Shown: one piece after another, positions 12,900 through 24,719 of the stretch
Position numbering within the stretch: position 1 is the stretch's first letter
Layout: every line of letters starts with the position of its first letter
Origin: Camelus dromedarius
Taxonomy: Eukaryota
Assembly: GCF_036321535.1 (NCBI RefSeq)
Contig: NC_087437.1
Location: 50,222,001-50,286,000, forward strand
Direction of reading: 5' to 3'
DNA: 64,000 bases
Made by a program: the position numbers and the translations under genes
Notes under the pieces: generated by a model
The model's input: the letters and a program-made list of their open reading frames with translations, nothing else
Told to the model about the DNA's origin: nothing
The model's database searches: none

Positions 12900-13090
12900 A
12901 GCCTCTCTCTCTCTCTTCTTCTAAGAGGCTGGCTCCCATGTTGCAATAATATTTCCACAACCTTGGGCAATTGCACTTCCAGTCTGTAGCTACAAAGTGT
13001 TACTCATTCTGTGGGTTAAGTTTTCTCAGGCTTTGGCATGCCAAGACATCAGAAAAGAGAGAAGGCCAGAGCAATTACTTTTTCTTATGT
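12900..13090 (-). pseudogene. Candidate exon remnant (RGS-domain core)
   Basis: Strong acceptor ctatttctttcttcttgtag|; peptides KSNCSGLLSF, then frameshift to LACQSLRKLNPQNE*...LWKYYCNMGASL, like RGS FWLACExxK...IY..Y+..GA; 3' boundary uncertain. Confidence 0.5.
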
Positions 13091-13486
13091 CTACAAGAAG
13101 AAAGAAATAGTTTAACAACCTCAGCTAACATGAATAATTAATAACAATATTTTAGAGAAGCTTCCCACTTAGGGAAACTCATAGTTGGTTTTGTTTCTAG
13201 TTTTATCCCTAAATATGGAGATGCTGATAGCAAAACTGACATAAAACCACTTCTGGTAGAAATGTGCTCTTGCTACCTGAACATTTGCTGCCTGCACACG
13301 TTAGGAGAGCGTGGGAGGCCTTAGCTCAGAGGTGGAAAATTAAGGAGCATAAATCCACAGGTATCCAGGAAGGTTCTGCCACACCAAAGACAAATGGCCT
13401 GAACATGGTCCTGCCCAACCCTTAGAGCTGCTGCTGAACCATAACAGGCCAAAGAACTGAGCAGAATTGGGGGAGGGGCAGAAAGG

Positions 13487-13720
13487 GCATAGCATTGTGG
13501 TTAGGAGCACAGGCACTCAGGCCACCTAGAATCAAATCCTAGCTCAGCTCCTTACTAACACTGTGGTCTTGGCAAGTTGTTTAACCTCTTTAAGTTACTA
13601 TCTTTTCTTTTGTAAAATGAGCAGGAATAGGACCTTCCTCATGAGTTTGCTGCTATAATTGGTTGGGACGATGCCTGTGGTGCTGGAAGCTGCACAGTGC
13701 CAGAGTCAGTGCTTGAAGGA
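13487..13720 (+). mobile_element. MIR SINE, near full length
   Basis: gtggttaggagcacagg...caaatcctagctc...ttggcaagttgtttaacctct...tgtaaaatg. Confidence 0.8.
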
Positions 13721-14258
13721 AAGCAGCAGCTGGCATTGCCATCCAGTGTCATCTTCTGGGAGAGGATACACGACTTGTCCAGGGTCTCCCAGCTAGTTAG
13801 CCAGGACTATGACTTAGTTAAATCCACTTCCCCCATAGCTGTTGGTAGGTGGCACCTCTGCCACCTACCTCTTCTACCTACCAGCTCTACCACCGCTGGG
13901 CCCAGCTGAGTCAGTTTTCCATGCAGCCCAGCCCCATGGGCTCTACTCGCCCCACCTTTGCTTTACCCCAGTCCTGTCCTGCCCTGCACTGCATCCCCAG
14001 CCACCCCAGATAAGTCTCAGTGGAAGTCTCTAGACCAGCCAGGCCTGAGCACCAGTCTAACTAGATAGTGAGGCCAAAGTCCAAAACCAAAACCTTGACC
14101 CACAAATCCAGGATGAAAACTGCTGCCACTGCCAGCAAAAGGCAGGGGCTTTCAAACTAGGAGAAAGGGAAGTGGAAGCAAATAAGTGGTCCCCAAACAG
14201 CTCTTGCCAGGCAGCTAAGTAAGAAGTCTGTCAGAGTTCTGTCAACAACAAGCCCCAA

Positions 14259-14331
14259 ACATTGTAAAATGATTATAAATCAATAAAAAAACGTTAAAAA
14301 ATAAAAAAAATTTTTTAATTTAAAAAAAAAT
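14259..14331 (+). mobile_element. ~70-bp L1 3' tail insertion
   Basis: acattgtaaaatgattataaatcaataaa plus A-tail, flanked by TSD aacaagccc (14247-14255 and 14332-14340). Confidence 0.7.
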
Positions 14332-14519
14332 AACAAGCCCAACCAATGAAAATGAACAAACTTCCACATAGGGTAGAATGGAGTAAAGGCAAGACCAGAT
14401 GCCCAGGCCACCAGCTTCAGGGTTCCTGAGACAGAGACAGTGGCTGGGAAAGCAAAAAGTAGCAAAGGGAAATGAGCAGACACAGGTCTGCGTGGAGAGA
14501 AGAGACCTCAGGAGGTTAT

Positions 14520-15030
14520 ATTTGCACTGGTTCTGCCCCCATCGGGCTCACACAGAATTCTGCATTCAGTATGGGGCTCCCACAGGCAAGGAGATAGACG
14601 AACACTGGGATGTGTCCAGGAGATGGCAGACAGGCTAGCGGGGAGTCTCAACACTGTGTGGGAGGAGGAACAGAGAAAGGATCTCAAGGTGTTTGTCCTT
14701 GAAAAGAGGCATCTCAGATACATCAACTTTCTCTGAATTGTTGACGTTTTCCAAGCCAAACCAACTTTATCTCTGTGGCTCAAAAGGGCAGAGCTAGACT
14801 TGATGTGTGGAACTTACAGGCAGGCAAATTGCAGCAAAACATAAGGGAGGTCAGGCAAATTGCAGCAAAACATAAGGAAGATATGTCGGGCTGACATTTG
14901 AAGTTGTAGTGGAAGAGTTGAGCTATCCTGGCCACTGTCACAGAGATTGTGGAAGTCATACTGGCTGGATTCCTGCACTGGGTAAGGCGAGTGAAAGAGA
15001 TGACCTCTGACACCTGAGATCCCTTTCCGT
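14520..15030 (+). mobile_element. L3/CR1 LINE 3' fragment
   Basis: tgcactggt...tgcattcagtatgggg...gtgtccaggag...gtgtttgtccttgaaaagagg...ggcagagctagac...ggaacttacagg matches recalled L3 ORF2 3' region. Confidence 0.7.
14821..14877. repeat. Perfect 26-bp direct duplication (period 31)
   Basis: caggcaaattgcagcaaaacataagg at 14821-14846 and 14852-14877. Confidence 0.95.
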
Positions 15031-15289
15031 TCTGCATGGTAAAATGGGGAGCTTCAATGAGCATACCCACAGCCACTTTTCTTCAGAATTAATGCCAATT
15101 TCTGTTTCTCCCCTCCTCCCACTACTTGATTTTTTCCTAAATAAATAAATGAGACATAATTGATTTCTAAACCTCAGATTCAATAACATTTAGAGGCTGA
15201 TTATTAACTCACTAGAAACACTGGATTACTTCTATCTCTCTCTCTTTCTAATGTGTTAGAAAAAGGGAAAACAAGATGTAATTTTGTAA

Positions 15290-15500
15290 CACCTTTATTA
15301 TGGTATGATTCCTGTACAGTAAACTACATATATTTCAGATGTACAATTTGATGAATTTTGATAGATGTATACACCACAATCAAGATAGCTAATATTTCCA
15401 TCACTCCCAAAGAGGTGCAATTTCAAATTCCCAATTTATCCCTTCCCATCCCTTTAACCCCCTGGTAACCATAAGTTTGTTCTCTATGTCTGTGAGTATA
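15290..15500 (-). mobile_element. Two abutting L1 3' fragments (old L1MB-like, then younger)
   Basis: gtacaatttgatgaattttga...ttccatcactcccaaa, then cccaatttatcccttccc...ggtaaccataagtttgttctctatgtctgtgag. Confidence 0.7.
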
Positions 15501-16049
15501 AGACATAATTTTAAAAACACATTTTTAAAAGATCAAGATTCAACTACATACATGTTTTATTTTCCATATAAGAAACAAAACCAAAAGGCAAATACACTGG
15601 AAAATGATAATGTTTGAAACATATGGGATAGTTGGATAGTGTCTGAATACATGAAGAGTTCATATAAATCAATATGGAAATAATCATAGCAGTTGAAAAG
15701 AATGCAAAGGGCATTAATAGAAAAATATTCAAAATGATATATATTTATATTGAAATGTGTATTAAGATATAGATACAGATCTAATAAATATATGGGGAAA
15801 TACTCAGACTCATAAGTAAAGAAATACCAGTTCAAACAATGAGATAGTATGTTACACTTATAATACTAGTTTCTACCTTTTTAAAAAATTAAATATCCAA
15901 ATAGATCTGGATCACCATTTTTTTTGTGGAACAGACACAATGAATTTTATATACAAGGGGTTTTGCTTTAGAAGAGAGGGGCATTCTGACTCCCTTTTCG
16001 ACCTCTCTTTAGACAGAAATGATTGGCAGTAAAGAAGTTCAATCATAGC

Positions 16050-16316
16050 ATGTTAATTCATTTGAGATGGGTTCAGGGGATGGACCCTCCTCTAGTCTTT
16101 AGTTGTAGTACTAAAAAGAAGCCTGCACAATTTCTTGCAAGGAAGCATTACATGTTTTATTTGTTGAAATGCAAAATTCATCTTCCTGAGAAAGGTGCAG
16201 GCAGATCTTGGTAAGACATACTAGAAAACAGCAGATAGAGTCACAACTTGCTACTTCCAGATATTTGCAAGAGGTAATTATCATTAAATGTATGGTGAGC
16301 AACAGGACCTTTAGAC
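16050..16316 (-). pseudogene. Candidate exon remnant (RGS domain)
   Basis: Acceptor ttcctgttacag|; frame LKVLLLTIHLMIITSCKYLEVASCDSICCFLVCLTKI...NKTCNASLQEIVQASF* (inside track ORF 16111-16356), resembling recalled RGSL1 LTEVLLNTQHLEFFREFL...LQFLTAVQKI...EKICKSLIENVIKTFF; 3' boundary uncertain. Confidence 0.55.
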
Positions 16317-16715
16317 CTGTAACAGGAAATCTAGCCAAAGGTCTGTGAGAATACAATTTCCAATAGCTAATTTACCTTATAATTAATTGCTTGTAAAACA
16401 CTAAAACTCTATTTTGATGCCTATAAAAAGCTTGTATGAAAACTTTTTTTAGGAAAATTCCTAAGCACTAACTAAAAAGGGATCCCGGGATATCTTAAAA
16501 TTTAATGTTATATGCTTTCCTTGTCCCCCATCAGTGAGAAAAAGTCAGAAGTAACTAAGTGAAAGACAGAGAAAAAAAAACATTGTAATGAGGAGGGCAA
16601 GGAAAGAAGTGTTAACAATCTTTTCTGAAGAAGGTATAACTGGAATAGAGGGACTGAAATAAGAATCAGGAATACAGATGTGGTAGGTTAAAAATAAGAA
16701 AGAAAAAAATGTAAA

Positions 16716-17377
16716 AAAATGGCTAAAACAATCTTGAGAAAGAAGAGCAAAGCTGGAAGTATCATGCTCCCTGAGTTCAAATTATACTACAAAGCTATAG
16801 TAATTAAAACAGTATCATACTAGCACAAAGACAGACACAGACCAATGGAACAGAATTGAGAGCCCAGAAATAAATCCACCCGTATATGGACAATTAATTT
16901 ATGACAAAGGAACAAAGAATATACAGTAGAGAAAGGATACTCTCTTCAATAAATGGTGTTAAGAAAAATGGACAGCCACATGCAAAAAAAATTAAACTAG
17001 ACCACTATCTTACACCATACACAAAATTTAAATCAAAATGGATTAAAGACTTGAAGGTAAGACCTGAAACCATAAAATCCACAGAAGAAAACCTCAGTAG
17101 GCAGTAACCTCATTGACATAGATCTTAGCAATGTTCTTGTGGGTCTGACCCCAAAGGCAAGGGAAACAAAAGCAGAAATAAATCACACTACATCAAACTA
17201 AAAAGCTTATGCACAGCAAAGGAAACCATCATCAAAACAAAAAGGCAACCTATTGAAAATGACAGAAAATATTTTCAAATCACATATCTGATAAGAGGTT
17301 AATATCCAAAATATATAAATAATCCCTACAATTCAACAACAACAAAAATAAATAAATAACCCAATTTAAAAATGCCC
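16716..17377 (+). mobile_element. L1 ORF2 fragment (older subfamily), 3'-truncated
   Basis: Track ORF 16901-17107 peptide ...[27 protein letters not shown]; cut off by the next L1. Confidence 0.9.
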
Positions 17378-18962
17378 AGAAAAGCAATACTGAAGAAAAA
17401 GAATGAATAACCCTCTAAGACTTCAGACAATACTACAGAGCTACAGTAATCTAAACATCATGGTATTGGCACAAAAACAGACATATGGATCAATGAAACA
17501 GAATAGAGAGCCCAGAAATAAACCCACACACTTATGGTCAATTAATCTTCAACAAAGGAGGCAAGAACATACAATGGAGAAAAGACAGTCTCTTCAGCAA
17601 GTGGTGTTGGGAAAATTCGACAGCCACATGTAAATCAGTGAAGTTAGAACATTCCCTCACACCATACACAAAAATAAATTCAAAATGGCTTAAAGACTTA
17701 AACATAAGACAAGACATGATAAACCTCCTAGAAGAAAACATAGGCAAAACATTTTCTGACATAAATCTTAGCAGTGTTCTCCTAGGTCAGTCTACCTAGG
17801 CAATAGAAATAAAAACAACAACAACAACAACAAAAATGGGACCTAATTAAACTTACAAGCTTTTGTACAGCAAGGAAAACCATAAACAAAACAAAAAGAC
17901 AACCTAAGGAATGGAAGAAAATATTTGAAAATGATGTGACTGACAAGGGCTTAATTTCCAGAATATACAAACAGCTTATACAGCTTAATAACCAAAAAAC
18001 AAACAACCCAATCCAAAAATGAGCAGAAGACTTAAACAAGCAATTCTCCATTGAAGACATACAAATGGCCAATCGGCACATGAAAAAATGCTCAATATCA
18101 CTAATTATCAGAGAAATACAAATCAAAACTACAATGAAGTATCACCTGACACCAGTAAGGATGTCCATCATTCAGAAGTCCACAAATGATAAATGCTGGA
18201 GAGGGTGTGGAGAAAAGGAAACCCTCCTACACTGTTGGTGGGAATGTAGTTTGGTGCAGCCATTGTGGAAAACAGTGTGAAGATTCCTTAAAAAACTAAA
18301 AATAGACTTACCATGGGATCCAGCCATCCCACTCCTGGGCATATATCCAGAGGGAACTCTAATTTGAAAAGATACATGTACCCCAATGTTCATAGCAGCA
18401 CTATATACAATAGTCAAGACATGGAAACAATCTAAATGTCCACTGACAGATGACTGGATAAAGAAGGTGTAATATATTTATACAATGGAATAGTACTCAG
18501 CCATAAAAAACGAATAAAATAATGCCATTTGCAACAACATGGGTGGACCCATAGATTGTCATTTTAAGTGAAGTAAGCCAGAAAGAGAAAGAAAAATACC
18601 ATGTATCACTCATAAGTGGAATCTAAAAAAAAAAAATACACAAATGAACTTATTTAGAAAATAGAAACAGACTCACAGACATAGAAAACAAACTTATGGT
18701 TGCTGAGGGGTGGGGGAAGGGGTTGGGAAGGGATAAATTGGGAGTTTCAGATTTGCAGATACTAATACTGTATATAAAATAAGCAAGTTTCTACTGTATA
18801 ACACAGGGAACTATATCCAATACCTTGTAGTAACCTATAATGAAAAAGAATATGAAAAGGAATATATGTATATATGTATATGTATGACTGAAACATGAAG
18901 CTGTACACCAGAAATTGACACATTATAAACTGACTATACTTCAATTAAAAATTTTTTTTAAA
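17378..18962 (+). mobile_element. Young 5'-truncated L1 (ORF2 C-terminus, 3'UTR, A-tail)
   Basis: [26 protein letters not shown]...[18 protein letters not shown] cysteine-rich domain; closely similar to the 54.1-55.6 kb copy. Confidence 0.95.
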
Positions 18963-21009
18963 AAAGAAAGAAAACTGAGACACAGAGAAATTAATTAATT
19001 TGGCCAGAGGCACAAAGCTGGCAAGTGGTAGAGGCAGGCAATTTGGCTCCAGCAGCCCTGCTTTTAAGGATTACCCCACACACCCTCTTCATGGGCATTA
19101 AGTGCCCATTATATGACCTGCACTTCACATCAGTGTGTAACAAACCAGTGTTGAGAATGTGCCCAGGTGACAAGAGGCCTCAGTTAGTATTCTGCTATAG
19201 GAGACAAAACTACACAGCAAGTCCGTCAGTCGAATAGCTCATTAATTCATTAATAGGTGTGCCTCACTCAATGACAATGGAGTAATACTGATTCCCTCTG
19301 GTGTTTGTATAATGTATTGTCATTTACCAAGCACTTCCCCATGTTGTCTCGAGGTCATGGTTGTCACAACAGCCCTGTGAAGCCAGAAAGACAAGATTCT
19401 CCTGAGATTCAGACTCTGAGGAGGGAAGTGACTGCCAGGATACTAGCAGGGGACCCTGACTCACAGCAGAGGCCCTCTTGAGGTTCACAGCACCCGTCTT
19501 AGCCTCAGGTTGGAATCTTGGCTTGTCCAATTTTAGCTACTTAATTTGCTAATTATGTGACCTCTCTGCCTCAATTTCCTCACACCAAAAATGAATAATG
19601 CTATCTGCAATATACAGTTGTTGTGAAGACTCAACAAGGTAACAGAGGACAAAGGTCACTCAATATATTCTATTTCCTTTCCCCTGTCAACTACATGTAT
19701 CTGCTCATGAAGAAGATGTATGTCACATTAGTTTTTTAAATTAAATCATCATTTAAATGTTGTTATATAAAAAACAAATGTGGTAGCATGAATGTTCAAT
19801 ATTCTCTTCCTTTCTCTCCCATCATCACTTCCACAAATTCTGATTTTCTATTTGGGGTTTTCTTAAGGTCACTTAAAGTACAGCCTCCAGGAAGTATGCA
19901 GGTGGGAGGTTGGAGGGCAGGGATTCCCCACCATATTTCTGAAGGCAGCAAAGGAACTGTGGCTAGCTCAAATCCTGTGTCCAGAAACAGACAGAAATGA
20001 AAGAGACTTACTCCAGGCTCCCTCCCCAAAGCAGCACCAGGCTCTTGCCTTCCTGAAGCCCAGCCCAGCACGCAGGCCATCAGATCACACTCTGTTCTTC
20101 CCCAGAAGCAAAAAAGTCTTGGGGTAAAACGCTCCCCTAGAGCACTTAAACACCTGAGGGCACCATCCTGCCACTGGCCCTTGGGCTTCCTTCTGGCAGC
20201 CGTAGCTCCTAAAGTGTGTTCTGTGCTCCCCTGCTGAAGCAACTGGCAGAAAATGCTGGAAGTTGGGGAAATTCACTGTCACCTCAAAAAATATATAAGA
20301 AAGAAAACTTATGTCATGCTTTTTGTGAAATAAATTCAGAAGCTAAAATGTCTGAGGGAGAAAATGAGTCTCTGAATAGAAGCTTGTAGCAGGGAGAGAA
20401 TGGAGGGAAAAGGCCAAATTTTGAAAATAAGTACATGTCTTTTCTTTCTTTTAAACACTGCCTGTTCAAGCAAGAATAAGCAGTCTCCAGCAGCATCCTC
20501 CCCTCAGCTCTCCCTGGGGTCTCTGAATCTGGAAAGGAAGAAATGGTGTAGTTTGCTTTGCATCTTGCTGCTGTTTTTCTGCGGCACTTGATTGCCCTGG
20601 TGGTGTTTACCTCACAAGTGTAGCCTAGTCCAGGCCAGAGGGGAGAAGAGGCAGTGAAAAGAACTCCATGGGCTAGAAGGTGAACAGGCTGGATGCTGAA
20701 CAGTGGAAACGTTTTCAGAGGCAATCAGTAAGAAGTAGTGGTACAGAGGACACAGCATTCGTTGGAGGATAGTTTGAGTGGGCACAAGAGACAGCTGACC
20801 TTTGGTTATGGACAAAAAGATTTCATTGTCTTAGCAGGTGGGCCCAAGAATAGATGGCCTCCCTTGCCCCTGCCTCAGCTGGAGTTCAGTTCACCCTGCT
20901 TTGAAGGAGTAGGAGGAGGACATCACTTACAAAAAGACCTGGGAGGTTTGTAATGGGCATCACATTTCACCCTCCACCACCCCACATCCCATATCCTCTG
21001 TAAACTCTA

Positions 21010-21245
21010 TGCTTTAAATCCTACCTTTTCTAGGAAGCTTTTGCAGATCCTCCAGGTTAGAGTTAGGGTTCCTCCTGGGTCTCTTATTTTGTTAGTAACA
21101 CTTCATAATGCTGTATTTTAAGTATCTTTTGACTTGTCTCTCTCCTATCCCTGGCTCTAGGTTCGTTAAGAATAAGAACTGCCTTGTTTGCTGTTGTACT
21201 CCTGCACCACATTATGGACACTCAATACTTATTGGTAGAAGGTTA
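21010..21245 (+). mobile_element. L2 3' end
   Basis: cctaccttttctaggaagc...cttgtctctctcc...acactcaatacttattgg. Confidence 0.55.
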
Positions 21246-21399
21246 ACATTTGGGGAAAAAAAAGTGAAATGTTAGACACCTACTTACCAGGTCGGTGCCC
21301 TCAACAGTTCCTACCCACAGCCCATGCCCATTCATTGCTTTCCCTAGAATGCTTTGGGTCATTCACATGGAAGGAAAATGATAGTATATGAGTTTGACT

Positions 21400-21625
21400 A
21401 TGAGCTGTAATGGATGAAACATGGGCTTCAGTGTCAGAACAGATCTGGTTTTGATCCCTGGTTCTACCAACACATACTATCTGTACAGACTTGGACAATT
21501 TTTTTAACTTCTCTTAATTAACGTTCTCATTTGCATAATGGCAATAAGAAGATGAAACTCATAGAACCAATACAAAGAGCAAATGAAATCATCATGTGGC
21601 AGTGATATATGAAGTGTTAGCCCAT
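21400..21625 (+). mobile_element. MIR SINE
   Basis: atgggcttcagtgtcagaacagatctggttttgatccctggttctacc...acttggacaa...ttctcatttgcataatgg. Confidence 0.7.
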
Positions 21626-21949
21626 GCATTGTCCTGCCAGTCAACTTTCCACTCCTGCATTTTTTGATCCAACTCCTAAAATTAGACCCTGGCCTCTACC
21701 ATACCCCATCCTCTAATGCAGCCTTCCATTTATCACTGCCTAGTGCACACAAAATAAGTAAATTCTTGATTTTATTTTTCCAAAGACCTAGATCCTAAAA
21801 ACAATAGATTTAGGAAGATTACAGACTGAGTGGGTCCCCTTTCTAGTTCCTCCACTTCTGCCTCTAAGTCCTTCAGAAACAAAAACCATCTATAAGCTAG
21901 GAGAATTGAAGAGAACAAATTAGATGCTCATTTAGCAGGCCAAGATCCT

Positions 21950-22530
21950 GCACCTTTATGCCAACTCCCAATAAGAAGAGGCACTGCTAGGGGAGGGAGG
22001 TGTAGGTTTGAGGATCCCTGAAGAGAGGGGACTTAAATCCCACTTGTTCTGAGAGGGTCTGCTGGTAAACCTACAAGAGGTCTCAAGGCTGAATTAGGTG
22101 ACACTGCAGGAAAGACGCAATATGTACAATCCCTCGGGGGAGCTAAATGAGAATACATTTATTTCTTAGGAGATTGCTAGTGTGGAGATGGACAGGCCCA
22201 AAGAATAAACCAAGCAGCTATATCTCATTGGAGCAAGATCTCAACAGATCAAGGTCAAGAAATATATACTATCCTCTCTTCCATTTACACAGCAGCATAT
22301 TCACAAATCTCTGCAGTTTTGAGGATCAGTATCAGAAAGAAAAGGGAAGTCCAGATTTGCATGGGTTTAAATATGAAAGGGCCAATGTAATCACTGAAGG
22401 AACTGAGTTGACATAGCTATAGCTGGACTAAGTTTTCTCCATAAAAAAAAGTTTAAAATTTAAGCTCACTTATAGAAAAATAAAGTTATATTCTTGCATT
22501 TTTGTGGGCCTTGAAACTCATACTCACAAC
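21950..22530 (+). mobile_element. Ancient LTR remnant (MamGypLTR/LTR85-like)
   Basis: ggactaagttttctcc...tatagaaaaataaagttatattcttgca resembles the 3' end of old mammalian Gypsy-type LTRs. Confidence 0.35.
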
Positions 22531-22849
22531 AAATATAAAGCACCTGAGATGGGGCCTAGTACATAAGAGGTTTTGAAGAAATTAGCCTCCCTAGCCTAAA
22601 TTACTGTAATTGTGTATGCTAATCCTTCTCTCTCTTTAAAGTCTGTGACATTTGTAGCTTGGCTAAAAGAGCCAGTTAGGTTTATTTTGAGAATGCAAAC
22701 AAATAAATCAACAATAATTATAATACCTCACAACTATAAAAGGAGAGTACTGTCCTTCCAGGAAGTGATGATATAATTAGTAAAAACAAGATAATATCCA
22801 TCATTAGCATCATGGCAATGAAGGCAGAAAGGCAACATAAGACCTGTAG

Positions 22850-24372
22850 GCAGTAGCTCCTAGATATACTCAGGTATCCAGCACTCTCATCATTTCACAA
22901 CTCTCACCCTAGTCCGGGCCGCCATCTCTCACCTGGATGCTGCCTCATCTGCTTCTGCTCATGCCCCCTGCAGTCTGTTCTCTACAGAGTGACCCTTTTA
23001 AAGCATAAATACAATTGTGTTATTCCTCTGCTTAAAACACTCCGAATAAAAAAAACAAAAAACACTCCAAAGAAGCTTAATTCCCACCAGCCCAGTTTCC
23101 CTGAGGGTGAGCTAGATTCCAAAGAATTGAGTAGGAAAGGAGAAAATAGTAACTTTATGGTAAAGAGACCTGGCAAACCTACCTTAACTAAATAATGCAG
23201 GTTAACATCACCAGTGAGGTCAGTCTGGTACCCTTTGATATGACATGATGAGAAGGACATTTCACATCTATGGTACACTTTCAAAAAACCCATAACCCTG
23301 GTCTAATCATAAGGAAAACAACAGACTAACCCAGATTGAAGAACATTCTATTGGATACCTGATCAGTACTCTTTAAGACACAGTCATGAAAAATAAGGAA
23401 AGACTGCGAAACTGTCACAGACCAACAATGACTGGGGAGATAATGACAATTAAATGCAATGTCTTACCATGGATTAAATCCTAGAACAGAAAGAGGACAG
23501 TAACAGAAAAACTAATAAAATCTGGCATTTAGTTAATAGTAATATACCAATGTCAATTTCCTAGTCTTGACCTATGAACCACTGTAATTTAAGGTGTTTA
23601 CAATAAGGGAAACTAGATAAGAGATATACAGCAACTCTCTGTAATATCTTTGCAACTTTTCTGTAAATCTAAAATTATTCCTAAATAAGAGTTTATTTTA
23701 AAAACTCATGCAGAAATGTAATTTTATTTATATTTCTGTAATCAACTTTAGTGTTTGAAACCCCATTTCTGTAAATGATGGAAAACTTTTTAGTTTTATC
23801 ATTTTGAGGTAGCCAAGATACTTCCAGAATAAGACTCACTCACTTTTGGTTTAAAAAAAAAAGACTCCATATAATTCCCAAAATCCCGATTCCAAAGTTT
23901 TCACCAGGGCCTTTATATCCTATAAAATCTGATGATCTAACCCATCTTTTTTCTCCGGCATCTTTGCCTCTTCCTCATCCATTCCCATCACCTTGCTATT
24001 CTTAGAAGCTTCAAGCACATTTTCACCTCAGAGCCTATATATTTGCAGTTCCCAGAAACCTGCATGGTCCCATGTCTTCATTTTTCTCAGACCTCTACTT
24101 AAATGTCACTTTTTCAGAGAGCCTTTCCATGATAGAACTGAAATAAAACTGTCACACTCATCCCCATCTTTCGCTAGCCACCTACCTTGTTTATTTTTAT
24201 TATTTTTTTCATTACTTAACATTATATTACTGGATTCATTTAGGGTGGCGCTTTTTTCGGTCACTTTTCTTAGTGAGGAGAGAGATTTTCTTCTGTTTTG
24301 ATCTTTGCTGTAACCCCCAGTACTTCACAATTCCTGGAACATAATGAGAGGTTAATCTATTGAATGAATGAA
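22850..24372 (+). mobile_element. L2 element split by an L1MC-type insertion (pieces ~22850-23045 and ~23870-24372)
   Basis: ctctcacctggat...agtgacccttttaaagcataaat...cctctgcttaaaacactcc; resumes and ends in ttgaatgaatgaa L2 tail. Confidence 0.7.
23075..23705 (+). mobile_element. L1MC/L1MD-type 3' end
   Basis: aaatagtaactttatggtaaagagacctggcaaac...ggttaacatcaccagt...tctttgcaacttttctgtaaatctaaaattatt. Confidence 0.8.
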
Positions 24373-24379
24373 AATAAAA

Positions 24380-24719
24380 TCTGTGCAGTTTTGCTTCAGT
24401 CCATGTCTCTTCAGGTGGCATTGGTTCATTTCAATAGGAAAACTGAGATTGCTTTCTGGACCCAAAAGATACTGATGATGGACATGTTTGATGTAAATGA
24501 AACAAAACCTCCTGCCTTCAGCTAATTATAAGAAGCTATTATAATTAGCTTGTTGTTAAATAAATCAGCAAGCCTTTGCTACCTTAGGAGTAAAGTTTTC
24601 CCCAAATGATTTTGGCACTGCTGATAAGCCCATGGGCAATGAACAATATTTAACTGCTAGCAGATGTTAAAGAAAATGACTTGTTTGGTTAAGATACTGG
24701 TAAAATGTATTCATGAGAC
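24380..24719 (-). pseudogene. Two candidate exon remnants (RGS domain)
   Basis: 24583-24719 (ag|...aag|gt) LMNTFYQYLNQTSHFL*; 24451-24498 IYIKHVHHQYLLGPES, like recalled RGS22 HFRQFLETH...IYIKNKYLNKKYFFGPNS. Confidence 0.45.

Noticed and set aside
19796..20724. 148-aa and 136-aa minus-strand ORFs with a gtaagt donor at 20006-20011
   Set aside because: They could hold further fossil exons (LFCFWGRTE is faintly RGS-like), but support is too weak to call.
24520..24550. 12-bp inverted repeat agctaattataa/ttataattagct
   Set aside because: A short AT-rich palindrome explained by local template switching; no functional evidence.
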